A stretch of 64,000 bases of DNA from an uncultured Ignavibacteria bacterium. Its GTDB lineage: Bacteria > Zixibacteria > MSB-5A5 > CAIYYT01. Shown here piece after piece: positions 53,597-63,860 of the stretch (position 1 is its first letter; each line of letters starts with the position of its first letter). The position numbers and the translations under genes were made by a program. Below the pieces are notes generated by a model, which had not been told where the DNA came from, made no database searches, and worked only from the letters and a program-made list of their open reading frames with translations. The stretch covers positions 91,915-155,914 of the forward strand of contig CAZNWJ010000001.1 of NCBI GenBank assembly GCA_964576925.1. The letters are read 5' to 3'.

Positions 53597-54190
53597 TTAG
53601 GTCAATGTCCTTGCGCAGTTAACCGCAAACTGCCGGCACTCCGAGAGCTTGGATTGGTCCCGGAGAACTGATCCGATCGGTGATTCTTCGTGCGCGTAAG
53701 TGAACTTCCCCGCTTTCGTGATACCGCACCAGACGAAGAATCCGCCAACCGTGCGTTCCGCCGGTTCGAATTTCTCGCGTTCGCCACCCACAAGAATGTA
53801 AGCACCCTTGCAGGAGAGGATTCCCTGGTTATCAAAGACGGCGCGGCCGTTTTCGAAACGCGGCGGGCGAAAACAGTTGCAGCGATCGATAAACAACTTG
53901 GTCTGAGCCGACACACCATCGAAGTAGATCGGCGAGGCGATCAGGACGAAGTCGGCGGAGCGGAGATGCTCCAACACAGGATGCAAGTCATCTTGATAGA
54001 TGCACAGCATAGGGCGCGGATCGACTCCGCATGACTGGCAAGGAATGATATTGAGGTCGTTAAGTCGAACCGTGGCAACTTCCGCATCGGCGATAACCGA
54101 GCGAAACCCCTTTTCAAACTCCAGCGCGAGCAACTCCGTCGAGCTGCCGTGACGCGGCGAGCCGTTAATGATTAGCAGCTTCTTCTTCAT
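53597..54190 (-). CDS. Flavodoxin-like NAD(P)H-dependent FMN reductase family protein
   Basis: Start MKKKLLIINGSPRHGSSTE (typical FMN reductase N-terminus). Cys-rich segment (CQSCGVDPRPMLC) suggests an iron-sulfur flavoprotein subtype. Confidence 0.6.
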   Translation of the reverse strand: MKKKLLIINGSPRHGSSTELLALEFEKGFRSVIADAEVATVRLNDLNIIPCQSCGVDPRPMLCIYQDDLHPVLEHLRSADFVLIASPIYFDGVSAQTKLFIDRCNCFRPPRFENGRAVFDNQGILSCKGAYILVGGEREKFEPAERTVGGFFVWCGITKAGKFTYAHEESPIGSVLRDQSKLSECRQFAVNCARTLT

Positions 54191-56054
54191 CGAGCAATTG
54201 ATAGTATTCCCAGAAGCAATTATCAAGTCGCTCCTGCGTCGCTTTCTGCTGGGTACCCAGATCCGAGAGCTTCTGCCAATCGGCAGCGAAGCGTTCGTCG
54301 AGCTGGTCTGACTTGATTTGTGCCAACTGCGCTTCGATCCCCGAGATCTCGTCCTCGAGTTCTTTGATGCGGCGGCGGCGGGAAGTCGCGAGATTCTTCA
54401 TCCGGCGCTCTTCTTTGTAAGAATCGCGTTTTTGGCTGCGATCGCCGGCGGGCCCGGTTTGTGCCTGCTGCCTTTTGCGTTCGACGTACTCGGAGTACTT
54501 GCCGTCAAAGTCGATGAGCCGGGTATCTTCGAGCGCCAGGATGCGAGTAGCGACGGAATCGAGAAAGAAACGGTCGTGACTGATGAACAGGACCGTTCCG
54601 TCAAACTCCCGCAGGGCTTCCTCGAGCACTTCGCGAGAGCCGATATCAAGGTGGTTCGTCGGCTCGTCGAGAATCAGGAAGTTCGCCGGCAGTGCCAAGA
54701 GCCACGCCAGCGCCAATTTCTTCTTCTCGCCGCCGGAGAGCATCTTAACTTGCTTGAAAACGTCCTCGCCGAAAAACAAGAAACGCGCCAAATGGCTGCG
54801 CAGTCTGAAGGCATCCCACTGCGGTTGAAGGTCCCAGACTGTATCGAGGACAGTGCTGTCAGGATTGAGCATTGCAAGTTCCTGGTCGAAATACTCGTAG
54901 TCGACATTACGGCCGATCTCGACCGAGCCATCCTTGCATTCAATTTCTCCCAGAATAGCTTTGATCAAAGTCGTCTTGCCGGTGCCGTTGCGGCCGATCA
55001 AAGCGACCTTGTCGCCGCGCTCGATCTCAAAAGTTGCATCAGAGAACAAGACGCGCTCGCCGTAAGCAAAGGCGAGATCCTGTACCCGCAAGATCGAGTG
55101 ATACGAGCGGCGAGAGGCGGCCATGCGAATCGTGGCTTTCTTGGCTTCGGTCGTCGGCGCGCTAAGCCGTTCGAGTTTGGCCAGAGAACGGCGACGCGAC
55201 TGCGCCTGCTTGGTCTTCTGCCCGGCGATGTTCCGCACGATAAAATCTTCGATCCGGGCGATTTCTTCCTGCTGATGCAGGTACTTCTTAAGCTGGAGCC
55301 TGCGGCGCTCGGCGCGCTCTTCGCAGTACGCAGTGAAGTTGCCGTGGTACAATTCAAGGCGGCCTTGCTCCAGCTCAACGATCTTGTTGACCACGTGATC
55401 AAGAAACACGCGATCGTGGGAGACGACAATCAGTGCACCGTCAAAGTTCTGCAGGTAGTTTTCCAACCAAATGGTCGATTCGATGTCCAGATGGTTGGTG
55501 GGTTCATCGAGAAACAGCAGGTTTGGCTGGCGCAACAACACCTTGGCAAGCGCCGCGCGGTTGCGCTCGCCTCCCGAGAAACTCGCAATCGAGCGGTGGA
55601 AATCGCTTTCCGCAAAGCCGAGTCCGACCAGCGTCGACTTGATCGTGTCGTCCAGCGTATAGCCGCCGCGGACTTCCCACTCGTGCTGCAACTCTCCATA
55701 CGTTTCCAACTCGCTTTCATTACCGGCCGCGATGGAAGCTTCCAGAGATTCCATGCGACTCTTGAGTTCGAGAAGTTCGCTGTAAGACTCGAGCATGGAG
55801 AGGAAGAGCGAGTAATCGGACGCAATCTCGTCTTCTTGCGACACGTAGCCGACCTTGCATTGGCCGTTTAGCGTCACATTGCCGATATCGGGGTGCACCT
55901 GACCAAGCGCGATTTTGATGATGGTGGTCTTGCCGGTACCGTTGGGTCCGACGAGGCCATACTTCTCCCCTTTCACGACCTGCAGGTCGACGCCGCGCAG
56001 GAGATGGTCATCATTGTACTTCTTTTCAATCCCGGCGAGCTGAAGGTAAATCAA
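54165..56054 (-). CDS. ABC-F family ATPase (Uup-like, C-terminal coiled coil)
   Basis: Two ABC cassettes (GPNGTGKTT, GRNGTGKTT; LSGGERNR, LSGGEKKK). C-terminal coiled coil. No in-frame ATG near the expected start. Likely TTG at 56054 overlapping the upstream stop (TTGA). Confidence 0.75.
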   Translation of the reverse strand: MIYLQLAGIEKKYNDDHLLRGVDLQVVKGEKYGLVGPNGTGKTTIIKIALGQVHPDIGNVTLNGQCKVGYVSQEDEIASDYSLFLSMLESYSELLELKSRMESLEASIAAGNESELETYGELQHEWEVRGGYTLDDTIKSTLVGLGFAESDFHRSIASFSGGERNRAALAKVLLRQPNLLFLDEPTNHLDIESTIWLENYLQNFDGALIVVSHDRVFLDHVVNKIVELEQGRLELYHGNFTAYCEERAERRRLQLKKYLHQQEEIARIEDFIVRNIAGQKTKQAQSRRRSLAKLERLSAPTTEAKKATIRMAASRRSYHSILRVQDLAFAYGERVLFSDATFEIERGDKVALIGRNGTGKTTLIKAILGEIECKDGSVEIGRNVDYEYFDQELAMLNPDSTVLDTVWDLQPQWDAFRLRSHLARFLFFGEDVFKQVKMLSGGEKKKLALAWLLALPANFLILDEPTNHLDIGSREVLEEALREFDGTVLFISHDRFFLDSVATRILALEDTRLIDFDGKYSEYVERKRQQAQTGPAGDRSQKRDSYKEERRMKNLATSRRRRIKELEDEISGIEAQLAQIKSDQLDERFAADWQKLSDLGTQQKATQERLDNCFWEYYQLLDEEEAANH

Positions 56055-58153
56055 CCAGCATTCACCTCCGGCTGGCGGGCAGTAAAGGCGACAGCCATCT
56101 CGGCAAGCAAGAACAGGAATCCTGCCAGCAAGAACAGCTTCCACAGCTCGGTTCCGAAGCGGGCTGAGGCAATCGCTTCGGCCGGGTCCTGACCAAAGCC
56201 CAGCACAACCACGTTGGCACCGGCCACTTTGGCGCCGATAGTTCCGGGGTCGGTGTATTCGGGAGTTGATTCTGAACTCGGGAAGTTAACAGCAAAGATG
56301 TCGATCACGCGATTGTCACCCAGGATGCGGTAGATCCCGGTATGATGCAGCCGTCCCAGGCTAAAAGCAATGGCGCCGGCGCGGAGGGCGGCCTCTACCT
56401 GTGTCGTGTCACCGTTCGGGGTGACAAGGGAGTATTGCCGGGCATTCTGGGGGCCCAATTCACGTGTAATCTCAGTGCCAGCAATGAGGGTCTCACGCTG
56501 ATTGAGAGGCTCCGACACCAAGTACTCAATCGAGCGATTCAATAAGATGACGGAGAGCGGTCGAAACACCAGATCTGAGTAGTTCTCGTCGAGGCTGAAA
56601 GTGAAGAGCAGAGCTTTTCCCTTGCCGACTGCGGCTTCAAGAACGGCCGGAGCATTGTCTGAAAACCGGGCGAGAATTGTCGAGCGCGCGGATTCTCGCG
56701 TGCTGAAGTGCCCGCTGAATTCGGCTTGCGGCAACTTGTCGCCGCTGAATTGACGGTACGGTGAAAACAACGGGTGCGCTAAATCGAGTTTGTTCAGAAG
56801 GTACCTTCCGCCCCCGGTCGCCGGGACAGCCGGCGCCTGGAGAATCTCCAAACCAAACATCGATTCGGCAACTTCATCGCTGAAAGCGGAAAATTCCAGA
56901 TCAGGCCGCATCAGGAACAAGGCGGAGCCGCCGGTGTTGACGAAGTTACGCACCGCCGAGTAAAGTGCGGGCTGCGGACGCCCCCTGGCATTGACAATAA
57001 TCGCATCGAATTCCATGAGATTGGCGGTTGCCGCCTGAAGCGTGCCAATGATCTGAACGCTTTTGGCCAGCGACTGGCTCTCGCTGGGAGCCAAAGCGTT
57101 CTTCAGATAGAATGCCTCGCGGTCGTCGTCGGACACCAGTGCGATTTTGCTTCCGGAGGGAATTCGCATGGCAAATCCCGCACGATTGTCAGCCAGGAGA
57201 TCATCGTCATCAATTGACAACTCTCCGTAGAGATACCCTGGTTCCGTCGGGGTGTGTTCGAAAGAAACGCGACCCGTGCCGGATGGCGGTACCGAAAGAT
57301 CGGTCTGCGCGATGCGGCGATCGTTCACATCGAGCGATACGAGCAGTTCTTCCGGCTGGTCTTCCTTAAGGTTGTGAATCTCGCCCTGAACCGAAAACGA
57401 GCGACCGGCTGTGATGATCTGGTTGGGAAAGATCACTTTGTCGACCGCTGCGTTGCTGACACCATCCAGACTCGTCTGCGTAAGGAACAGCTTCACATCG
57501 AGTTTTTCCGCCTGGAAGGACTGATATTCGAAGTTTCTCCAGGCATCTCCCTGAAAGTCGCTGAGCAGATATACCTCAAGGTTGGGATCCGTTGCGGCGC
57601 GCAGGATTTCGAGTGCGCGAGCAAAGGCGACTTGAGGCTCCGTCTCCGAAGCTGATGGCGTCAATGTCTTGAGAAAGGCGCTGAGTCTTGCAAAGTCCGA
57701 AGTCGGTTCGCCGGAGTCGTAGCGAATCGTCGAGCCGAAGCCGAGGATGACGACTTTTTCCTTCTCCGCAAAGTTCTTCAGAATCGCTTCCGCCTTTTCG
57801 ATGCTGCGTTCAAAGAAACTCCCGGAATTGGTTTCAGTTTGGCAGGAGCCGGAAATATCGATCATGATGACCGCGGTCGTCGTCGTCTTACCGCCCAGCG
57901 CCGGAAGATAGCCGCCTTCGATCGTTGGCCGCGCGAAGGCGAAGGCGATCGCAAGCAAAGCCAGCGTTCGCAAGATCAGCAGCAGGATCTGGCGGATCTT
58001 GACCTGGCGCATACGCGTCTTCTGCAATGAAAGCAGGTACTTGACGGTCGAGAACTCAACGATCTTGACTCTCTGTTTGTTGAACAAGTGCAACAGAAGT
58101 GGAATCGAGGCCGCCGCTGCAAAAAGGAGCAAAAAGGGATTAATAAAATTCAT
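56051..58153 (-). CDS. BatA-N-terminal/VWA domain membrane protein
   Basis: N-terminal NPFLLLFAAAASIPLLLHLFNKQR (BatA_N double-TM motif). VWA-like MIDISGSCQ segment. C-terminal TM. 700 aa. Confidence 0.65.
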   Translation of the reverse strand: MNFINPFLLLFAAAASIPLLLHLFNKQRVKIVEFSTVKYLLSLQKTRMRQVKIRQILLLILRTLALLAIAFAFARPTIEGGYLPALGGKTTTTAVIMIDISGSCQTETNSGSFFERSIEKAEAILKNFAEKEKVVILGFGSTIRYDSGEPTSDFARLSAFLKTLTPSASETEPQVAFARALEILRAATDPNLEVYLLSDFQGDAWRNFEYQSFQAEKLDVKLFLTQTSLDGVSNAAVDKVIFPNQIITAGRSFSVQGEIHNLKEDQPEELLVSLDVNDRRIAQTDLSVPPSGTGRVSFEHTPTEPGYLYGELSIDDDDLLADNRAGFAMRIPSGSKIALVSDDDREAFYLKNALAPSESQSLAKSVQIIGTLQAATANLMEFDAIIVNARGRPQPALYSAVRNFVNTGGSALFLMRPDLEFSAFSDEVAESMFGLEILQAPAVPATGGGRYLLNKLDLAHPLFSPYRQFSGDKLPQAEFSGHFSTRESARSTILARFSDNAPAVLEAAVGKGKALLFTFSLDENYSDLVFRPLSVILLNRSIEYLVSEPLNQRETLIAGTEITRELGPQNARQYSLVTPNGDTTQVEAALRAGAIAFSLGRLHHTGIYRILGDNRVIDIFAVNFPSSESTPEYTDPGTIGAKVAGANVVVLGFGQDPAEAIASARFGTELWKLFLLAGFLFLLAEMAVAFTARQPEVNAG

Positions 58154-58275
58154 CGATCTGGATGCATTTCCCGGTTATGGCCATCAACTTGGAATCTCAC
58201 CGAATTTCGCGTGATTGCAGGAATCGGCCCAAGTGCAAGCAATAAAGCTACAAGCTTCTACGAATGAAAGCCCGA

Positions 58276-60150
58276 TTAGTTCTTGAAGGGAGTTTTCAAG
58301 TAGTCCTGTGCCAAGTGTCGGTCGAGGTAGGCCGTTGGCAGCCTGAGGACTTCCTGGTACTCTTCTTTCGCACCCTTGCGGTCCTTTTTGAGGTCCTTGG
58401 CTTGGCCCATGGCCAGGAGTATCTGTCCAACATAGAACATCCGTTCTTCGAGAAACAACGCCATCTCGAGGTGCTCCAAAGCAACGTCGATTGAGCCCAG
58501 CCGCAGCGCCGCCTTTCCGACACGCAAGTATTGAAGGGGATTGTCGTTGTTGGCTGCCAACAAGACCTTGCTGTTGTCAAGAGCGAGTTGAAAGTAAGCC
58601 GACGCCGAATCCTTTCGCCCCAGAGCGAAATAAAGGTCGCCGATGACGAGATCATAATCGATCTGCAGGCCGGGAGTCCGCGTGGCCTTGCGCACGGCTT
58701 GCATCAATTCCATGGCGCGCTTGACATTTCCCCGAAACTGCTCGATTTGGGCGAGTTTTGCCGTCGCTTGATTTGCAACTGAATCGCCTTCGGCAATGGG
58801 TGCAAAGATTGCCGCGGCCTCGTCCACCTTGCCGGCCGAGAGCAGAAGGTTAGCGTAGTAGATACGGGTACCGAGATCGCTCTCGGACCCTGAAGCAGAC
58901 GGTTTTATGAACTCAGCGGCCTTTTCGAATTCGCCAAAGGTGTAGTAGAGACTCGACAACATTCGCGGCGCCCAGGCGGTATCTTTGAGTTCGTCAAACG
59001 CCGTGCGCGCATAGGGCAAGATTTCTGTCGTCTTCATGAACATCTGCGCCCGGGAGGCAAAGAAGCTGAGGGCACCGTAGGTGAAAGAGACTGTATCTAC
59101 GTACTGGCGCCACTCGGCTTCGACATTTGCCAGTGGTTCATTGTAGACGCGCTCGAACACCGCCGGCAAAGTCAGGTCAGTGGATTCCTGGTACAGATTA
59201 ACCAGCTTGCCGCGACCGCGAGTATTCAGCAGGAAGTTGACGAAAGAGCCCGCGATTCCCAATGATACGTTGCGGTCGAGGGCGCGGTAGTCCCGTGAGA
59301 TTGACAAACTCGCAATCTCCGGCAACTGACCGGACTTGGCGAGGGCCTTGATCGGCAACTCGGCATAGTTGAGGCTGGCAACCATGCCTTCATGGAGAAA
59401 AGCCGGAGAATATCCCATGACCCGCATCAGGCGCAGCATGTAGACGACTTCGGGGTGAAGCTCGTTCACGCCGTGAGTGAAGTGGGCAAAAACGCTGTGG
59501 CGGGCATAGTCGAGCGCGTTGTCCCAACGCGGATCCCACCCGACATCCGGAACGCGGCACGGAGAGATATAGAAATTGGTCTTGGTGCGATCGCTGAACT
59601 GGAAGCGTTCGACGAGGCCGTCATAGTCGCGCTCAAAGGCGTCGCGAATCTCGTTCCAGCGATAATCACCAAGCGACTGGCGAATGAAATAGAAATCGAA
59701 GTCACCCGAGGGGTCAAATCTGAAATCGTCGCCGGCGAATCGATACTCGCAATCCGAAACAAGCGTACCCAGCGAATCGAATTGCATGCGGATGCGATAG
59801 ACGGAGCCCGCGCGGACAAGCGCCGAATCAAAGAATACGGCGGCGCCGCGAAAGATCACATCACGCCGGAAGAAGTTGCGCGGCGGGTTGCTGTTGCCGA
59901 AGACCTGGGAATGCAGCTGAATAACCGTATCATGAAGCGCTGACGCTGTCAGTTGGTAGCTGAAATTCCCCATGCTGAACTGAAAATCGCTATCCAGCAG
60001 AGCCCCGCAGGAACGGCTATCGACAACGGTCCAGTTTCCATCCTGGGGCCGCTCCAGAAATTCGCAGGTAAAGAATGCGGCCGGTTCAGCTTTCGTGGGG
60101 GATTCAGCGAAAAAAAAGATCAACGCAAGTACGATCAGTACCGACCTCAA
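58276..60150 (-). CDS. Secreted TPR-repeat protein
   Basis: Signal peptide MRSVLIVLALIFFFAESPTKA. C-terminal half with repeated TPR-like helices (...AKLAQIEQFRGNVKRAMELMQ...YFQLALD...). Confidence 0.55.
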   Translation of the reverse strand: MRSVLIVLALIFFFAESPTKAEPAAFFTCEFLERPQDGNWTVVDSRSCGALLDSDFQFSMGNFSYQLTASALHDTVIQLHSQVFGNSNPPRNFFRRDVIFRGAAVFFDSALVRAGSVYRIRMQFDSLGTLVSDCEYRFAGDDFRFDPSGDFDFYFIRQSLGDYRWNEIRDAFERDYDGLVERFQFSDRTKTNFYISPCRVPDVGWDPRWDNALDYARHSVFAHFTHGVNELHPEVVYMLRLMRVMGYSPAFLHEGMVASLNYAELPIKALAKSGQLPEIASLSISRDYRALDRNVSLGIAGSFVNFLLNTRGRGKLVNLYQESTDLTLPAVFERVYNEPLANVEAEWRQYVDTVSFTYGALSFFASRAQMFMKTTEILPYARTAFDELKDTAWAPRMLSSLYYTFGEFEKAAEFIKPSASGSESDLGTRIYYANLLLSAGKVDEAAAIFAPIAEGDSVANQATAKLAQIEQFRGNVKRAMELMQAVRKATRTPGLQIDYDLVIGDLYFALGRKDSASAYFQLALDNSKVLLAANNDNPLQYLRVGKAALRLGSIDVALEHLEMALFLEERMFYVGQILLAMGQAKDLKKDRKGAKEEYQEVLRLPTAYLDRHLAQDYLKTPFKN

Positions 60151-60893
60151 ACAGTCCCCTCGACTTTCTTTCGCAGCAGATCAATCACCTTGTTCTCCGT
60201 CAGGATCGGTATTACATCGAGCGTGTCAACGGCGCAGGCGGTTACGATGTCGGCGCCGTAGCCCAACTCGCGCAGGTAGCGCGCATGATCGGCGCGGCTG
60301 ACTACAGCCTCGATGGAGTCCGCCTGGTTCTTATACCACATATGTGCCACTTGAGCCGCATCGTTGTCGGTCTGAAACGCCCCTGATGTGACGAGTTTGT
60401 CGATCAGAGCGCCGCCGCAGAACGTGTCCTCCAGCGAAAAATTCCCCTGCCTACCCGCACAGACGATGGCGACGTCTTTTTGTGCAACCAGGATCGCCTC
60501 AGCCACTGCGGAAAGATTGACGAATCCGCAAATCATCGTCTGGATGGCCGGTGCGCACTTAAGGATTGCCCGGGAACCGTTGGTGGAGGCAAAGATCAAG
60601 ACCTTGTCGCGGACGACTTCGGACGAGTATTCGGCGGGAGAATTGCCGAGGTCAAAGCCTTCGACCTTATTGCCGTCTCGCTCGCCACAAAGCAACACTT
60701 TGGCGCGATCCAGATTGGCCCGCATTGCCGCTGCATCACCGGTGGCGCCAACCGGAACAATTTCTCGGCATTCGTTCTGAATTGCGGTGCAGATCGAAGT
60801 TGAAGCCCGCAAGACATCAATGACGACAGCGATGCGCCCCCGCAGCTTGGCGTCAGTCAGCGGCTGCGGAGTGAAGTAGAGTTTGACTATCAT
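60147..60893 (-). CDS. comB: 2-phosphosulfolactate phosphatase ComB family
   Basis: ...RIAVVIDVLRASTSICTAI...VGATGDAAAMRANLDRAKVLLCGERDG... matches the ComB family. Confidence 0.7.
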   Translation of the reverse strand: MIVKLYFTPQPLTDAKLRGRIAVVIDVLRASTSICTAIQNECREIVPVGATGDAAAMRANLDRAKVLLCGERDGNKVEGFDLGNSPAEYSSEVVRDKVLIFASTNGSRAILKCAPAIQTMICGFVNLSAVAEAILVAQKDVAIVCAGRQGNFSLEDTFCGGALIDKLVTSGAFQTDNDAAQVAHMWYKNQADSIEAVVSRADHARYLRELGYGADIVTACAVDTLDVIPILTENKVIDLLRKKVEGTV

Positions 60894-60899
60894 AGCCGA

Positions 60900-61997
60900 C
60901 TATTTGTGGGTTCCGTTCTTGTAAAAGGCGCCTTTGATGACCTCGGCAGCGCAACGTTTGCCGCGGATGTCAATCTCAACCATGTCACCGACTTTACCGT
61001 ACTCGCGATCAATATAACCCAGCGCAATACCCTGCTCGATTGACGGACTGAAACAGCCCGAGGTAACGACGCCGACGTTTTTGTCGCCGATGAAGATCGA
61101 GTAGCCGTGGCGTGGGATCGCCTTGTCCTTCAGCATCAGAGACTGCAGGCGGCGCGGTGGTTTGCCTTCTTTCATTTTCAAGATCGGCTCACGGCCAATG
61201 AAATCACCTTTTTCGACCTTGCAGATCCAACCCAGTCCGGCTTCGATGGGATTGGTCGTCTTGTCGATGTCGTTTCCGTAAAGCATGTAGCGCATCTCGA
61301 GTCGCAGACTATCACGCGCACCGAGGCCGATGGGTTCAGCGCCGAAAGCCTTGCCCGCCTCAACCGCCTGATCCCACAGTTGAGTGGCGATTTCCGGATC
61401 ACAGTAAATCTCGAAGCCGTCCTCGCCGGTGTATCCGGTGCGGCTAAACAAAGTGTCGCGACCGCAGAACTTTGCCCGGCCCGATTCATAGTACCCCATC
61501 GCCGACAGGTTGAAGTCCGTCAGCTTGGCAGTTGCGGCTTCTGCGTTCGGTCCCTGGATCGCCAGCAGACCGAGTTCATCGGAACGGTTTATTAAATCGA
61601 CGCCGGCGGGTTTATGCTGCATAAGCCAATCGAAATCTTTATCGATATTGGAGGCATTTACGACGAGCATGTATTCGTCTGGCAGACGATATACCAAGAG
61701 ATCATCGACAATGCCGCCATCAGGATAACACATGGCAGAGTACTGAACCTGCTGCATGCGCAACGTGGACGCATCGTTGGTGGTCATTTTCTGGATGAAT
61801 TCCAGTGCACCGGCGCCACGGACGAAAAATTCGCCCATGTGGGATAAGTCAAAGAGGCCCAGGCTCTTGCGCACCTGAAGATGTTCCTGGTTTATCGAAC
61901 GGTATTGAATCGGCATCAGAAATCCGGCAAATTCCACCATCTTGGAACCCAGCTTCTGATGACACGTCGTAAACGGTGTGTTCTTGATTTGAGTCAT
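60900..61997 (-). CDS. gcvT: Glycine cleavage system aminomethyltransferase T
   Basis: MTQIKNTPFTTCHQKLGSKMVEFAGFLMPIQYRSINQEHLQVRKSLGLFDLSHMGEF is a canonical GcvT N-terminus. 365 aa. Confidence 0.9.
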   Translation of the reverse strand: MTQIKNTPFTTCHQKLGSKMVEFAGFLMPIQYRSINQEHLQVRKSLGLFDLSHMGEFFVRGAGALEFIQKMTTNDASTLRMQQVQYSAMCYPDGGIVDDLLVYRLPDEYMLVVNASNIDKDFDWLMQHKPAGVDLINRSDELGLLAIQGPNAEAATAKLTDFNLSAMGYYESGRAKFCGRDTLFSRTGYTGEDGFEIYCDPEIATQLWDQAVEAGKAFGAEPIGLGARDSLRLEMRYMLYGNDIDKTTNPIEAGLGWICKVEKGDFIGREPILKMKEGKPPRRLQSLMLKDKAIPRHGYSIFIGDKNVGVVTSGCFSPSIEQGIALGYIDREYGKVGDMVEIDIRGKRCAAEVIKGAFYKNGTHK

Positions 61998-62255
61998 GGT
62001 AGGTCAACCCAACTTTCTCCATCCCAAACGTTCGTTCCATATTATGCACACAGCGCGTAAGCGTCAATCGGTTTTTCCGCAGCGCCGAGCCGAGAAGTGT
62101 CAGAAGCCAGAGATTAAATTCCATCAAGATCAAGTCATATGTTCGTACAAGGATTCGATGATAGACCAGAACCAAGAGATTGTGCTGAATCCTTCGATAT
62201 CGAGTTCCGTGGTTGATGGGGTTTCCATCTGGCACAGACCATTGAGTGGCCGTAC

Positions 62256-63269
62256 ATGAGTGTCTTATTCCCGTTCTCTGAGTACTGGTGGTTCTACCTT
62301 GCGTTTTCGGGGTTTGTTCTCTTGTTGCTGGCGCTGGACCTTGGCGTCTTTCACCGCAAAGCGCACGCCGTTTCCAATAAAGAGGCGGCGATTTGGAGTA
62401 CCATCTGGGTCGCGCTGGCGCTGCTCTTCGCCTTGTTCCTCTACAAGTATTCGGCCGCAAGTTTTGCCGATAATCCGCGTTTGCTGGCGATTCCAGGATT
62501 CGATAGTGAAGCGGCGGCCAAGACCGTTGCGCTGGAGTATCTCACGGGCTTCATTATTGAAAAGTCCCTCGCAGTCGACAACATCTTCGTCTTTGTTTTG
62601 ATCTTCAATTATCTGGCGATTCCGCTCACCTATCAGCATCGTGTCCTCTTTTATGGGATCATCGGTGCGCTGGTGTTTCGGGCAATCTTCATCGCCCTGG
62701 GGTCCGTTCTGCTACAGTACCACCTGATCGTATATCTCTTTGGTGCATTCCTGATATTCACCGGTATCAAAATGATGTTCACGCCGGACAAGGGTCTCGA
62801 GCCGGAGAAGAACCCGCTGGTGCGGTTTCTGCGCCGTTTCTTCCCGGTAACGCCGACGATTGAAGGGGAGAAGTTTTTCCTGAAACGTGAGGGGCGGTGG
62901 TTTATCACGCCGCTGATGATCGCCTTGGTCCTTGTGGAATTCTCGGACATCATCTTTGCCGTCGACTCTGTGCCGGCGATCTTTGCCATTACGAAGGAGC
63001 CGCTAATCGTCTTCACGTCAAACGTCTTTGCGATCCTCGGCCTGCGGGCGCTCTATTTCTTGCTAGCGAATATCGTTGATCGCTTCCACCTGCTGAAGTA
63101 CGGATTGGCTACCGTGCTGGTTTTCGTCGGCCTGAAGATGGTCTGGTTGAACAATGCGTTCGACGGCAAGTTTCCGGTTACGTGGTCGCTGGGGATTATC
63201 GGCGCCGTGATCGCGATCTCGGTGATTCTATCCTGGCTGATTCCCCCGCGCACGAAGTCTTCAGCCTAG
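62256..63269 (+). CDS. TerC/Alx family integral membrane protein
   Basis: ...LEYLTGFIIEKSLAVDNIFVFVLIF... TerC signature. Multiple TMs. 258-nt leader upstream. Confidence 0.8.
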   Translation: MSVLFPFSEYWWFYLAFSGFVLLLLALDLGVFHRKAHAVSNKEAAIWSTIWVALALLFALFLYKYSAASFADNPRLLAIPGFDSEAAAKTVALEYLTGFIIEKSLAVDNIFVFVLIFNYLAIPLTYQHRVLFYGIIGALVFRAIFIALGSVLLQYHLIVYLFGAFLIFTGIKMMFTPDKGLEPEKNPLVRFLRRFFPVTPTIEGEKFFLKREGRWFITPLMIALVLVEFSDIIFAVDSVPAIFAITKEPLIVFTSNVFAILGLRALYFLLANIVDRFHLLKYGLATVLVFVGLKMVWLNNAFDGKFPVTWSLGIIGAVIAISVILSWLIPPRTKSSA

Positions 63270-63860
63270 TCGGCGCGAATCCAGTTGATTCGAAAACCCT
63301 CGCGAATGCCGTAGCGGTCAACAAAGCCCGCATTGACTTCCACTACATATTGCGCCGCGGCTGATGACGGATAGCTGGTCTCAGCATAGGGGGTGGTATT
63401 CTTGTGAATCGTGACGATCTCCCGCTTGGAGTTGACGAAGAGCATGTCGAGAGACAGGATCGTGTTTTTCATCCAGAAAGCTTGCATGGCCTCGTAAGGA
63501 AAAATGAAGAGCATGCCTTGACTGAACTCCATCTGATCGCGATACATCAGACCCCGGTTCCGCTCGTCGTTATTCTCGGCGATCTCTGCGTCAATCGTGG
63601 CGACGATCCTTCCCTCCGGATCAAAGAAGCTCAGGATCGCTTCCCGCTGGAATTCGAGCCGAAGCATCATATTGTCCGGTTGTTGCACCGAACTGTCTGG
63701 CGCTGCTTTCTTCTCATCGCCGTCACGAACCAGCGTGATTGTCAGAACCACCGCAATGGCCAAGACAACAACATAAACCACATATTTGGTTCCGGAGCGG
63801 GCCTGCTTCTCTGGCGACTTGCTCTTCGTTTTTCGTTTGTTTTTCTTTGCCTCAGCCATC
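63266..63860 (-). CDS. DUF192 domain protein
   Basis: ORF 63266..63910, ATG at 63860. TM then ...GMLFIFPYEAMQAFWMKNTILSLDMLFVNSKREIV...YVVEVNAGF, matching DUF192 (COG1430). Confidence 0.65.

Noticed and set aside
56054-56144. ATG-initiated 30-aa N-terminal extension of the ABC-F gene (MEAVLAGRIPVLACRDGCRLYCPPAGGECW)
   Set aside because: It overlaps the 3' end of the BatA-like gene by 93 nt and has no counterpart in ABC-F proteins, which begin a few residues before the first Walker A. TTG at 56054 with SD GGAGGTG fits better. Not fully excluded.
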